64,000 bases of DNA from an uncultured delta proteobacterium. GTDB lineage: Bacteria > Desulfobacterota > Binatia > JACPRU01. Both the position numbers and the translations under genes were made by a program. Of the stretch, positions 10,055-19,712 are shown piece after piece. The DNA lies in NCBI GenBank assembly GCA_963745025.1, contig CAVUWD010000016.1, positions 896,001 to 960,000 on the forward strand, given 5' to 3'. Each line of letters opens with the position of its first letter. Position 1 is the first letter of the stretch. The notes under the pieces are model-generated. The model was not told the DNA's origin. It did not search any database and was given only the letters and a program-made list of their open reading frames with translations.

Positions 10055-11608
10055 ATGAGCCTCTTTGATCGAGCGTCACGGCTCGGATGCGGGGCCGGCG
10101 CATTGCTCGCGCTCGCCGTAGCGACTGGTTGCGCGGCCCAATATGCGAAATACCCTCGTTCTCCGTCGACCGCATTTCAGGAGCACCAGGCGACGACGCT
10201 GGGCCGGCTCTTCGAGTCGGCGGCGGCTGAGCACCCTGGGCAGTCGGGTGTCATTTACATGCGCTACGGGTCCAAGGCGCTGGTAGCGCGACTCGCCCTG
10301 ACCGATCTCGCGGAACGGTCGCTCGATCTGCAGTACTACGAATGGGACGCTGACACCACCGGGCACTTGTTCGCCGATCGCGTCATCCGGGCCGCCGACC
10401 GCGGGGTGCGCGTGCGCGTGCTGCTGGACGACAACAGCATCGTCAATCGCGATACCGCGATCGCGCGGCTGTCGGCGCATCCCAACATCGAGATCCGTGC
10501 CTTCAACCCCTTTCGCGCCCGCGGCAACCGCTGGGTGGACTTCCTCACCGACCCGTCGCGCGTCAACCGGCGTTCCCACAACAAACTCATGATCGCCGAC
10601 AACGCGATCGCGATCGTGGGTGGGCGCAACATCGCCGACATCTACTTCGGCGTGCACGGCGAGGCGACCTACCGGGACCTCGACACCGTGGCCGTGGGCC
10701 CGGTGGTTCGCGACGCCTCGGTGGTCTACGACGATTTCTGGAACAGCGCGTTCGCAGTCCCCTACGCGGCCTTCGTCGACACGCCGCCGACCCGCGCGGA
10801 CGCCGACGCCGCAATCGCGGAGATGCGCGCGAAGATGGCGAGCGAGCGGCTCCCGTACCCCATCGACGAGGAGGTCGACACCCTCAAGGCCGAGATGGAG
10901 GATTTCCGCAACTCCCTCATCTGGGCGCCGGTGCGTGTTCTCTACGACCCCCCCGAGAAGGCCGAGGAGAAGGCGAGCCACAACATCTTCAGCGAGCTCG
11001 ATTCGCTGGTCTCCAATGCCCAGAAGGAGGTCCTGATCGAGAACGCCTACTTCGTTCCCCGCGACCACGGGGTCGAGCTCGTCGCCGCGCTCCAGGCCCG
11101 GGGGGTCAAGGTCCGCGTGCTCACCAACTCCCTGGCATCGAACGACGTCCTCGCCGTTCACTCGGGGTACCAGAAGTACCGGGACGACCTGCTCGAGAAC
11201 GGGGTGGAGATCTACGAGCTGCGGCCGGATTCCACCATGGAGCGCCTGCGCTGGTCGGGGTTGACATCTAAGAAGTCGCGCGCCGGGCTGCACGCCAAGG
11301 CGATGGTCGTCGATCGCCGGTACGTCGTGGTCGGAAGCTACAATCTCGACCCGCGCTCGGCCGACATCAACACCGAGCTCGCGCTGCTCGTCGACAGCCC
11401 TGCGTTCGCCGAGCTGGTCGCCGAGTTCTTCGACGATGGGGTCAAACCGGAGAACAGCTACCGGGTCACGCTGGAGGGGGGACGGCTCAGGTGGACGACC
11501 AGCGACGGCGGGACGGTTCGCGTGTACACGGAGGAACCCGAGACCAGCTGGTGGACGCGCTTCAAAACCGATGTGCTGGGTATCCTGCCCATCCATTCGA
11601 TGCTGTGA
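10055..11608 (+). CDS. Phospholipase D family lipoprotein (ClsC-like)
   Basis: Two HKD motifs (HNKLMIAD, HAKAMVVD), GGRNIAD, GSYNLDPRS; lipobox-like ATGC; GGAGG RBS. Confidence 0.9.
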   Translation: MSLFDRASRLGCGAGALLALAVATGCAAQYAKYPRSPSTAFQEHQATTLGRLFESAAAEHPGQSGVIYMRYGSKALVARLALTDLAERSLDLQYYEWDADTTGHLFADRVIRAADRGVRVRVLLDDNSIVNRDTAIARLSAHPNIEIRAFNPFRARGNRWVDFLTDPSRVNRRSHNKLMIADNAIAIVGGRNIADIYFGVHGEATYRDLDTVAVGPVVRDASVVYDDFWNSAFAVPYAAFVDTPPTRADADAAIAEMRAKMASERLPYPIDEEVDTLKAEMEDFRNSLIWAPVRVLYDPPEKAEEKASHNIFSELDSLVSNAQKEVLIENAYFVPRDHGVELVAALQARGVKVRVLTNSLASNDVLAVHSGYQKYRDDLLENGVEIYELRPDSTMERLRWSGLTSKKSRAGLHAKAMVVDRRYVVVGSYNLDPRSADINTELALLVDSPAFAELVAEFFDDGVKPENSYRVTLEGGRLRWTTSDGGTVRVYTEEPETSWWTRFKTDVLGILPIHSML

Positions 11609-11978
11609 GGCGGGTCGGCTACGGCGTGCAGCTCCTTTCACCGTCGCTCTTCCGTCCCGACAGCCTGGGCTTCGTTCTCCCGGTAAAGTCACGAGCTCAT
11701 CTCGGTCGAAGCTCGACGCCGTAATACTCGAGCCGTAATACTCGAGAAGTCTTGCTCAGCGTCCCGTCAGTACGACTGCGGCCGTTCCTGATAGCGGGTG
11801 CCGCGTGATCGATCACCAGCGCCCAGACCAGGGAGTGCCGACAAATCGACCTCCAACTCCGCGGCCCGATCCTCGGCGGCGGCCTGCGCTTTTCGGCGAG
11901 GCGCTCGGGGTCGGGTGCCCGTTTGTAGCCCCTATCCTCCACCCGCGCGCGGCGCCCGGCGATCTCGGCGGGGAGAGA

Positions 11979-12407
11979 TCATGCCTGGTCGTCTTCGCCC
12001 CCGCCCTGGCAGACGTCTTCGTCCTCACCCTGGTCGTCCTCGTTGGCGATCCCGTCCCCGTCCTCGTCCTCGTCGCCGTCGGCGATGCCATCGTCGTCCG
12101 AATCGGAATCAGTCGGATTGGTGCCGAACGTCTTCACCTCGACGCAGTCGTCGCTGCCGTCGCCATCGGTGTCCTCGTCCTGCGGATCGGTGTGCTTGCG
12201 GAATTCCGTTCCGTTTCGGAGCCCGTCGTGGTCGACATCGCCCCGCGCGTCGTTCACGTACGGGTTGAGGCCGTGCCTCCGCTCCCAACCGTCCGGCATG
12301 CCATCGCCGTCCGAGTCCTTGAACGCCAGCGCTGGCGAGACCAGCCACAGGCAAAAGACAAAGCTCAGGAACACCCGATTGCGCGCACCGCCGAAGATCG
12401 ATCGCAT
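11979..12407 (-). CDS. Small secreted protein with thrombospondin type 3-like Ca-binding repeats
   Basis: Signal peptide ending ALA, then DSDGDGMPDGWE, DVDHDGLRNGTE, DTDGDGSDD and DSDDDGIADGDE; GGAGGA RBS. Confidence 0.75.
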   Translation of the reverse strand: MRSIFGGARNRVFLSFVFCLWLVSPALAFKDSDGDGMPDGWERRHGLNPYVNDARGDVDHDGLRNGTEFRKHTDPQDEDTDGDGSDDCVEVKTFGTNPTDSDSDDDGIADGDEDEDGDGIANEDDQGEDEDVCQGGGEDDQA

Positions 12408-12902
12408 GATGCGTCCTCCTCTGATTTGGGCGGCACCGCCCGCCGCCGTGTCCCGGCGGGCGCCGGCGTCCTGTGATTCCGTTGAACGTGACATGATCCT
12501 TTTTTAGCAGTCGCGACTTAGCGTCGGCAAATATAAAGAAGAGCTTCTCGCTCCCCTGACCCAATTCCACATTCTCCCGTGCAGGCCACTGATTTCATTG
12601 ATGTTCTGGATTTTTCCATCACTACGCTTCGTCCCGTTCAAGCGGGAGGTGGCAGTGGAGGTAGCGGTTCGAGCGGGTAGGGAGTTTGAGTCGCCAGCGT
12701 CCGAGATCGCCCCCTTGTGCCGGCTAAACGCTTCGGCCGCAACCAAGGTGGCCTGAGGCCCAGGCTCCTCTCCAGTACTCAACGCTCTACTTCGAGGCAC
12801 GCGATGTGATGACCCCGTCACTTGAGACGCGGATCCGTCCTCGGGCCGCTAAAGGATCTACCCCGTTGACAAACCCGACACCACGGGAGTCTTCTCCGAC
12901 AG

Positions 12903-15162
12903 GTGAGCGCGCGAGGCCCACTCGGAGAGATTCGCGTCGTCGAGTGCGCGGCGGGGCTCCCGGCCTCCTACGCCGGGTTTCTCCTCGCCGGCCTCGGGGC
13001 CGAGGTGGTGCGGATCGAGCCCGCCGCGACGTCGCTGGGCGCGTCGGGCGACCACGTCTTGCGTCGCGGCAAACGATCGGCGGTGCTCGAGGATGCCGAC
13101 GCGCGAACCACTGCGTGCCGGCATGCGCTCTGCGCTAGCGCCGACGTACTGCTCGCGGACGAGACGGCGCCGGAGGCCGAGCAGGCGGCGGGTCGTATTG
13201 ACTGCCGCGTGAGCCCCTGGGGTGCGGAAGGCCATCCGCAGGGGTTGCCCGCGGACGAGGCGCTGGTCGCCGCGCTCACCGGAGCGCAGGCAATGCAGTG
13301 GTCGTGGGCCCGCAGCCCGGTGTGGCTCGTGACCCCGCTCATCAGCTACATGACCGGCGCGCTCGCCGCTCTTGGTGTCACGGCGGCGCTCCTGGCCCGT
13401 GCGCGGGGAGCGCCGGGACAGCGCGTCGAGGTGAACTCCGTCGGCGGCGCACTCGCCCTCGGCAGCGGCACCTACGTGCGCGGACCGGGCCAGCACGGCT
13501 CGCTCCTCGCGGGCGGAGACCCGCGCGGCGTCTACCCGAACTACGGCGTCTACCGCACGAGCGACGGATGGCTCTTCGTCGGCGCTCTCACGCAGGCGTT
13601 CTGGGTGAAACTCGCGACGCTCGTCGAGCGCGTGGACCTGCTCGTCGATCCGCGCCTCCAGGGACATCCCTTCAGTTTCGGTGCGCCCGACACGAGGGCC
13701 TTCGTGCGCGCAGCGCTCGATCCCATCTTCGCGGCGCGTACCACGGCCGAGTGGCTCGCGCGGCTGCGCGAGGCGGACATCCCCTGTGGCCCCGTCCGTA
13801 CGCGCGACGAGGCGCTCGCCGACGCCGAGGCGCGGGCGCTCGGGCTCGTGATCGGGCTCGACGACCCCGTTCTCGGACCCGACGTGGCAGCCGGCGGAGC
13901 CGGCGCTCTTCTCGGACACGTCGGCGCCGGCGCCGCGTCCCGCGTCGCTGCGCGGTGCGGACACGGGGACGGCGTGCGCCGAGGCTGCACGCCGCGAGCG
14001 CACTACTCCCGCGCGCGTCGCCGCGCCGCCCGCGAGCTGCCTCGCGGGGACGCGCGTCCTCGACCTGACGAGCTACATCGCGGGCCCATTCTGCCCGCTC
14101 CTCCTGGGAGACCTCGGTGCCGACGTGGTGAAGATCGAGACCGCAGAAGGCGATCCCTTCCGAATGGCGGCCTTTGCCTTCGTCGGCTGGAACCGCGGCA
14201 AGCGCTCGCTCGTGCTCGATCTCAAGCGGGTCGAGGGGCGCGACGTTTTTCTCGACCTCGCACGCGCCGCCGACGTCGTGGTCGACAACTTTCGCGGCGG
14301 GGTCATGGAACGGCTCGGCATCGGCTGGGACCGGTTGTCGGCCGAGAATCCGCGCCTGGTCCACACCTCGATCAGCGGCTACGGCACGACGGGACCGCTC
14401 GCCTGCCTGCCGGGCTTCGATCCGGTCTTCCAGGCGCGTTCCGGCCTGATGCTCGCCCAGGGCGGCGACGCGCCCGTCTTCCACATGATCGCCTACAACG
14501 ACTACATGGCGGGCGCGCTCGGCGCGCTGGCAACGGTGGCGGCCCTGGTGGCGCGCGAACGAACGGGGCGCGGGCAGCGGGTCGACGTGAGCCTCTTCCG
14601 CACGAGCTACGTCGCGCAAGCGGCTCACATGATCGACTATGACGGCCGCCCCGCGTTTCCCGCCGGCGGACGGGACTACCTCGGTCCCGCCGCGGCGCGT
14701 CGCCTCTACGCTTGCCACGACGGCTGGCTCTGCGTCGCCGCGCAGGACGCCGCACAGGCAGCCGCGCTCGGCCGGCTCGCGGGCACCGCCCTCGCGCTCG
14801 ACGATCCCCCAGACGGCACCGCGGCCACCGCCGTGGCGACATTCCTGGCGCCGGAAGCGCGCGCCGCCGCACTCGCGCGCCTCGCGGCCGCCGGCGTTCC
14901 GGCGGCCCCGTGCCTCGACTTCGATGAGGTCTTCGTGGAGCCGTACCTCCTCGCGGCGGGCGCGATCACCACGCAGGAGCACCCGATGTTCGGGACGCTC
15001 GAGCTCGCGGGTCCCTTCATGCGCTTCGCGGCGACGCCGATCGCCTACCGTCGATCCGCACCGCTCCTCGGAGCCGACGCCGCGGCGGTGCTCGCCGAGC
15101 TCGGGTATCCGGAGGCCCGCATCGCGGAGCTCGTCGCGGGCGGCGTCGTGGGCACGCCGTGA
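12903..15162 (+). CDS. Family III CoA-transferase (CaiB/BaiF), two tandem domains; frameshift near 13880
   Basis: First domain LGAEVVRIEP...RGKRSAVL; second domain RVLDLTSYIAGP, LGADVVKIE, NRGKRSLVLDLK and ISGYGTTGP. Confidence 0.85.
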
Positions 15163-15224
15163 GGGCGTCGCCGGGAGATTCCCCACCGCGCGCCGCAGCT
15201 CGCGACAGACCCACCCAGCCTCCG

Positions 15225-15308
15225 CGCGTGTGGATCGACAACGACCGCCTGATCGCGCACGACCTGACGGTGACCGACGTCGAGGCGGCGCTGTGCCGCG
15301 GCAATTTC
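15225..15308 (+). pseudogene. Short remnant resembling an RND efflux permease (AcrB family) segment
   Basis: RVWIDNDRLIAHDLTVTDVEAALCRGN resembles the AcrB-type RVWLDPxRLxxxxLTxxDVxxALxxQN segment. Confidence 0.45.
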
Positions 15309-15406
15309 ATCCGTTGCAAAACGACCGGGTCGCGATCTACACCAGGAGGCATCACGCAGTGGTGCTCGGCGGCGGGCGTGTGGGTGCTCGAACGAGGAGG
15401 TGCGCC

Positions 15407-15832
15407 ATGGCCAAGACCGATACCCCGAAGAATCCTTTCCCCGACATCGCCAAGCTGATCGAGCAGCTCAAGGTACCGGGCCTCGACGTGAGCGGGGTCA
15501 TGGAGGCGCAGCGCAAGAACATCGAGGCGCTCACGCAGGCGAATCAGGCCACCTACGAAGGCATGCAGGAGCTCGCCAAGCGGCAGATGGAGATCCTGCA
15601 GGAAACGGTAAACGAGTGGCAGGTGACGATGACGGAGGCCGCCAACCGCGAGAGCACGAACGCGGCGCAGCGGGCCGAGCTGGTGGAGAAGACGTTCGGC
15701 AAGGCATTCGGCAACATGCGCGAGCTGGCGGAGATGGCGGCGAAGGCGCAGACCCAGGCATGGGCGGTGATCCAGAAGCGCTTCCAGGAGAGCCTCGCCG
15801 ATCTCAGGAAGCTGCTGCAGCCGCCGAAGTAG
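15407..15832 (+). CDS. Phasin family protein (PHA granule-associated)
   Basis: KVPGLDV..MEAQRKNIEALTQANQ..YEGMQELAKRQ, typical of the TIGR01841-type phasin; GAGGAGG RBS. Confidence 0.85.
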   Translation: MAKTDTPKNPFPDIAKLIEQLKVPGLDVSGVMEAQRKNIEALTQANQATYEGMQELAKRQMEILQETVNEWQVTMTEAANRESTNAAQRAELVEKTFGKAFGNMRELAEMAAKAQTQAWAVIQKRFQESLADLRKLLQPPK

Positions 15833-15912
15833 CGGGGCCCGCGCGCGGTACCGACCGGCTGGGCGGTCAGCCGTCGATTCGACGTCTCCGTCCGAGACTC
15901 CGGGGGTCGATC

Positions 15913-16776
15913 ATGAGCGAGAAGGCCGGCAGCACGAAAAAACCCGCTCCCGTTCACATCGGCAAGCACGAGGTCAAGCGCGTGCTCATCACTGGCGCCT
16001 CGGCCGGCATCGGCGCGGACCTCGCGCGCGAATTCGCCCGGCACGGGCACGACCTGGCGCTAGTGGCGCGCCGGGGCGACAAGCTCGCCGAGCTCTCCGC
16101 GGAGCTCGGCAAGAGCTTCGGCGTGGACGTGATGACCGTACCGGGGGATCTCTCGAAGCCGTCGGGCCCCAAGGCGGTCGTGGACGCGCTCGATGCCGCG
16201 GGCGAGCAGGTGGACGTCCTCGTCAACAACGCAGGCGTGGTCGAGGTCGGCCCGTTCGCTGCAACCGAGACCGAGAAGGTCCTGAACCTCGTCAACCTAA
16301 ACATCGTCGCGGTCACGCACCTCGCGAGCCTCCTGCTGCCGCGGATGGTCGAGCGCAAGTTCGGCCGCATCCTCAACGTGGCCTCGCTCGCGGCGTTCCA
16401 GCCGGTTCCCTCGATGGCGGCCTACGCGGCGACCAAGGCGTACGTGCTCTCCCTCACCGAGGCTCTGTCGGAGGAGCTGAGAGGGACGGACGTCAAGGTG
16501 ACCGCGCTCTGTCCCGGTCTCGTTGAAACCGACATGGTGGCCGACATCAGGGAGCGCTTTGTGAGCGTGCGCGGCGTGCCCTCGCAGCTCATCTCCGATC
16601 CGAAGGACGTGGCACGCCAGGCCTATGCCGCGCTGGTCCGCGGCCAGGTCGTGCTCGTGCCCGGAATTCCAAACCAGGTGGCCGCGGCGTGGGCGCAGGT
16701 GACTCCGCGTTGGATCCTGCGCTCCTTCACCGGCTTCGCGAGCCGCTACGCGGAGTGGATGCGGGGCGCGCAGTGA
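15913..16776 (+). CDS. Short-chain dehydrogenase/reductase
   Basis: TGASAGIG, LVNNAG, NVAS and YAATK catalytic motifs. Confidence 0.9.
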   Translation: MSEKAGSTKKPAPVHIGKHEVKRVLITGASAGIGADLAREFARHGHDLALVARRGDKLAELSAELGKSFGVDVMTVPGDLSKPSGPKAVVDALDAAGEQVDVLVNNAGVVEVGPFAATETEKVLNLVNLNIVAVTHLASLLLPRMVERKFGRILNVASLAAFQPVPSMAAYAATKAYVLSLTEALSEELRGTDVKVTALCPGLVETDMVADIRERFVSVRGVPSQLISDPKDVARQAYAALVRGQVVLVPGIPNQVAAAWAQVTPRWILRSFTGFASRYAEWMRGAQ

Positions 16777-16820
16777 CGGACGGATGAAGAGAAAACTGCA
16801 GATGCTTCACGTGTTCGTCC

Positions 16821-18827
16821 TCACAATTGCCGGCCGACGATCGTACCCTCGTAGATAGCGTTTAGCACCCGGCGAGGCGCGCGACAGTCGCCGATGTAGT
16901 GCAGCTCCGCCACGTGCCCGTTGAGCGCCCGGTACAGTTCGTCGTTCGGTCGGTTGTGCATGCAGAGGACGACGGAATTGATGCCGTCCATCGTCCACTC
17001 TTTGCCCGAGTAGATGTTGTACACCTGCAACTCGTTCGCCCGGATCGCCTTCACGTGGGTCATAGCGTGCAAACCCGCGCCGTGCCCCAGCAGGCTTTCG
17101 ATGTAGAGCCCCTGCTCGAGGGTCGGCGCCAAGTCCTGAAACACCGCCGCCATCCAGGTGATGAGCTCCACCTGATGCCCCATCTCGGCCAAGTGCTCGG
17201 CGACGACTGGAGCGCGGTAGTTTCCCTCGTCATCGATGACGGCCACATGGTGGCCGATCGGCTTGCTGCCGAGCAGCACGTCTTCCGCGCTGAGCACGTG
17301 GCCCAACTCGACCCCGGGTATGTGGTCAACGTTGGCGGCTACGGTGGAGAACCCGGTCATCTGCGGTCGCGAGCCGGTGGCGCACACGACGGCGTCGTAG
17401 CCGCCGGAGCGCACGGCATCGGCATTCATCTCGACTCCGAGACGAATGTCGCAACCCAGGCGAGTCGCCTCCCGCGCCAGCCATCGGGTGATGTCGCCAA
17501 ATTCCTCGCGCCGCGCTGCGCGCGCATGGATGGCCACCTGGCCGCCGAGCTCGGCGCGGCGCTCGCAGAGCGTCACCGCGTGTCCGCGCAGCGCAGCGAT
17601 CCGCGCCGCCTCCAAGCCAGCCGGCCCCCCGCCGATGACCAGTACCTTCTTGCGGCGCGCCGCCGGCTTGATCGTTCCGATGCCAAGCTCACGCTCGTAG
17701 CCGATGGCCGGATTTTGGATGCAGGTAGCGGCGCGCAAGACGAACAATCGGCCAACGCATCCCTGATTGCAGGCAACGCAGTTGCGGACCTCTTCGATCC
17801 GACCCGTCCGCGCTTTATTCGGCATCTCCGGATCGGAGATGATCGCCCGCGTCATGCACACCATGTCGGCAATGCCGTCGGCGAGGAGCTTCTCCGCTTG
17901 GACCGCGTCCTTGATGCGCCCGAGGGCGATCACCGGGGTGTGCTCCACCGCCTCACGAATCCCGGCCGCCAAATGATCCGCATAGCCCATTGGCATGCGC
18001 ATGGTCGGAATGATCATGAATAGGGTGTGGTAGATCCCGCACGTGGACATGAAGTAGTCGAGCGCGCCCATCGGCTCGAGCTGCTTCACGTTGTAGACGG
18101 CGTCCTCGATCGTCAGGCCGCCCGGGACGTACTCGTCGGCATCGAGTTTCATGCCGACGATGAAGTCCTTGCCCACGGCCCCGCGTACGGCGGCCGTCAC
18201 CTCACGCACGAAGCGTAACCGCCCATCGCGGTCGCCGCCGTACTCATCGGTGCGTTTGTTGGTGTACGGTGAGAGGAACTGGTTCAGGAGGTAGCCGGAA
18301 CCGGCGTGCAACTCGACCCCGTCCACGCCTGCCGCCTTCATCCGGGCTCCGGCCGTCGCGAAGGCATCGACGATCTCTGCGATCTCGCCGTGCGTCATCT
18401 CGTGCGGCATGTCGCGATAGACAATCGACGGCACGGGGGACGGTCCCCACACTTCGCGATAGGAGTCCTGGCTGCTAGCGTTGATGCCACCATGCCAAAG
18501 TTGCACTAGGATCTTGGCACCGTGACGATGCACCTCGTCGGCCAGGCGGCGGTAGTGCGGGATGACGCGGTCATCCCAGATTTGCAGGATCGTGCCGCCC
18601 GCTTCCTTCTCGGGATGCCCGACGCTGGTCGGATGGATGGCGGCCACGCCGGTGATCATCATCCCGACCCCGCCTTTGGCCTTCTCGGCGCAGTACGCGA
18701 TGAATCGATCGCCGGGGACGTGCCGATCCGCCATCATCTCGGCGTGCGCCGAGCTCACGATGCGATTACGGATTTCATTGGACCCCAAGCGAATGGGGCT
18801 GAACAGATGACGGAAGTCCTGTGCCAT
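16821..18827 (-). CDS. NADH:flavin oxidoreductase (OYE TIM barrel plus FeS/FAD domains, FadH-like)
   Basis: DGVELHAGSGYLLNQFLSP..NKRTDEYGG, CVACNQGC, VIGGGPAGLEAA and IGDC. Confidence 0.9.
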   Translation of the reverse strand: MAQDFRHLFSPIRLGSNEIRNRIVSSAHAEMMADRHVPGDRFIAYCAEKAKGGVGMMITGVAAIHPTSVGHPEKEAGGTILQIWDDRVIPHYRRLADEVHRHGAKILVQLWHGGINASSQDSYREVWGPSPVPSIVYRDMPHEMTHGEIAEIVDAFATAGARMKAAGVDGVELHAGSGYLLNQFLSPYTNKRTDEYGGDRDGRLRFVREVTAAVRGAVGKDFIVGMKLDADEYVPGGLTIEDAVYNVKQLEPMGALDYFMSTCGIYHTLFMIIPTMRMPMGYADHLAAGIREAVEHTPVIALGRIKDAVQAEKLLADGIADMVCMTRAIISDPEMPNKARTGRIEEVRNCVACNQGCVGRLFVLRAATCIQNPAIGYERELGIGTIKPAARRKKVLVIGGGPAGLEAARIAALRGHAVTLCERRAELGGQVAIHARAARREEFGDITRWLAREATRLGCDIRLGVEMNADAVRSGGYDAVVCATGSRPQMTGFSTVAANVDHIPGVELGHVLSAEDVLLGSKPIGHHVAVIDDEGNYRAPVVAEHLAEMGHQVELITWMAAVFQDLAPTLEQGLYIESLLGHGAGLHAMTHVKAIRANELQVYNIYSGKEWTMDGINSVVLCMHNRPNDELYRALNGHVAELHYIGDCRAPRRVLNAIYEGTIVGRQL

Positions 18828-18835
18828 GACCCTCT

Positions 18836-19020
18836 CTACACCTCCCGGCGGACAGTGAAGCCTTCCCAGATCGCCTCCATCACCAGGCGCGGCTGCACGC
18901 AGTCGCCAATGCGGCGCAGCTCGGGCACTTTGCCTTTCAGGGCGTGATAGAGCGCGTCGTCCGATTTCCTCATGCTCGCAAACACCACCGTATCGATATT
19001 CTCAACGACGCGTTCCTGAT
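18836..19020 (-). pseudogene. C-terminal remnant of a second FadH/OYE-like oxidoreductase
   Basis: Minus strand reads QERVVENIDTVVFASMRKSDDALYHALKGKVPELRRIGDCVQPRLVMEAIWEGFTVRREV*, paralogous to the C-terminus of the downstream gene; no start. Confidence 0.75.
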
Positions 19021-19061
19021 TTGTGCCTTTACGGCGCGCACAAGGCGCTCGTCAACCGGCC

Positions 19062-19146
19062 ATGCTCAACCTTACGCGCAGACGGCTGGCAGAGGCCGGC
19101 GCGAATTCGGTGCCGCTTCTCGTTGCCGACGCACGCCACCTGCCTG
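19062..19146 (+). pseudogene. Short class I SAM-methyltransferase-like remnant
   Basis: PAMLNLTRRRLAEAGANSVPLLVADARHLP resembles the methyltransferase segment MLxxARxxxxxxGxxxVxxxxADAxxLP. Confidence 0.4.
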
Positions 19147-19179
19147 ACAGCCTTCACAACCCCCCTCTTCGACGGCTGG

Positions 19180-19701
19180 TCACTCCTGCGGATAGCGCCA
19201 CGGCTTAGGCGGCTGCTCGGCGTGTTCGTCGATTGTCCACTGCGGAAGCGCGATGCCGGCGGCGACGGCCGTGAAAACCATGCGCACGCGCGTGCCGATA
19301 CCGACCGTGCGGATCACCTCGGGCGGCGCGAAGCGCCCGTCGGGCACCACCAGGTTGCCGCCGACCCGCAGCGCCTCGTGCACCGTCGGCTGGCCCTTCT
19401 GCGTGTCCAGGTCGACCAGCAGGATCATGTACGGCACTTTGTCCTTGAACGAGGGCTGGATCGCGTGATGCACCTCGCCGTAGGAATGCACACTGCCTCT
19501 GCCCTCGACCCGCACCCAATCGTACGCGCGCTCACCGGACCATGGGCAGGCGGTGGTCGGCGGATAGCGCAGCAGGCCGCTGGTCGCGCCGCGCTGCAGG
19601 CGGAATTCGCCCTTCGCGCAATAATCGAAGAACGCGCGATTCTCGCCGTCGAGATCGTCGATCGTGAGCATCATACCCAGGTATTCGCCTCGCACGGGCA
19701 T
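19180..19701 (-). CDS. DUF35 / OB-fold acyl-CoA-binding protein (thiolase/aldolase partner)
   Basis: FFDYCAKGEFRLQR...YPP...CPWSG, EGRGSVHSY, VPYMILLVDLD and IGTRVRMVF; adjacent to thiolase-like gene. Confidence 0.85.
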   Translation of the reverse strand: MPVRGEYLGMMLTIDDLDGENRAFFDYCAKGEFRLQRGATSGLLRYPPTTACPWSGERAYDWVRVEGRGSVHSYGEVHHAIQPSFKDKVPYMILLVDLDTQKGQPTVHEALRVGGNLVVPDGRFAPPEVIRTVGIGTRVRMVFTAVAAGIALPQWTIDEHAEQPPKPWRYPQE

Positions 19702-19712
19702 CGTCGTTCTCC

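Noticed and set aside
10076-11692. Long antisense and off-frame ORFs (also e.g. 50057-52051, 35308-36714, 31215-32657)
   Set aside because: Shadow ORFs of high-GC genes: Arg/Pro/Ala-rich, no motifs, and fully overlapping well-supported CDSs.
11718-11745. 14-bp tandem duplication GCCGTAATACTCGA as a target-site duplication
   Set aside because: No element lies between or beside the copies; it cannot be told apart from slippage.
12500-12900. tRNA or riboswitch in the long intergenic gap
   Set aside because: GGTTCGAG is present but no cloverleaf, acceptor stem or known aptamer pattern could be built.
13860-13900. Programmed frameshifting in caiB (also in the anti-sigma and M48 genes)
   Set aside because: No slippery heptamer was seen; single-base sequencing indels are the simpler explanation given the error pattern in pflB.
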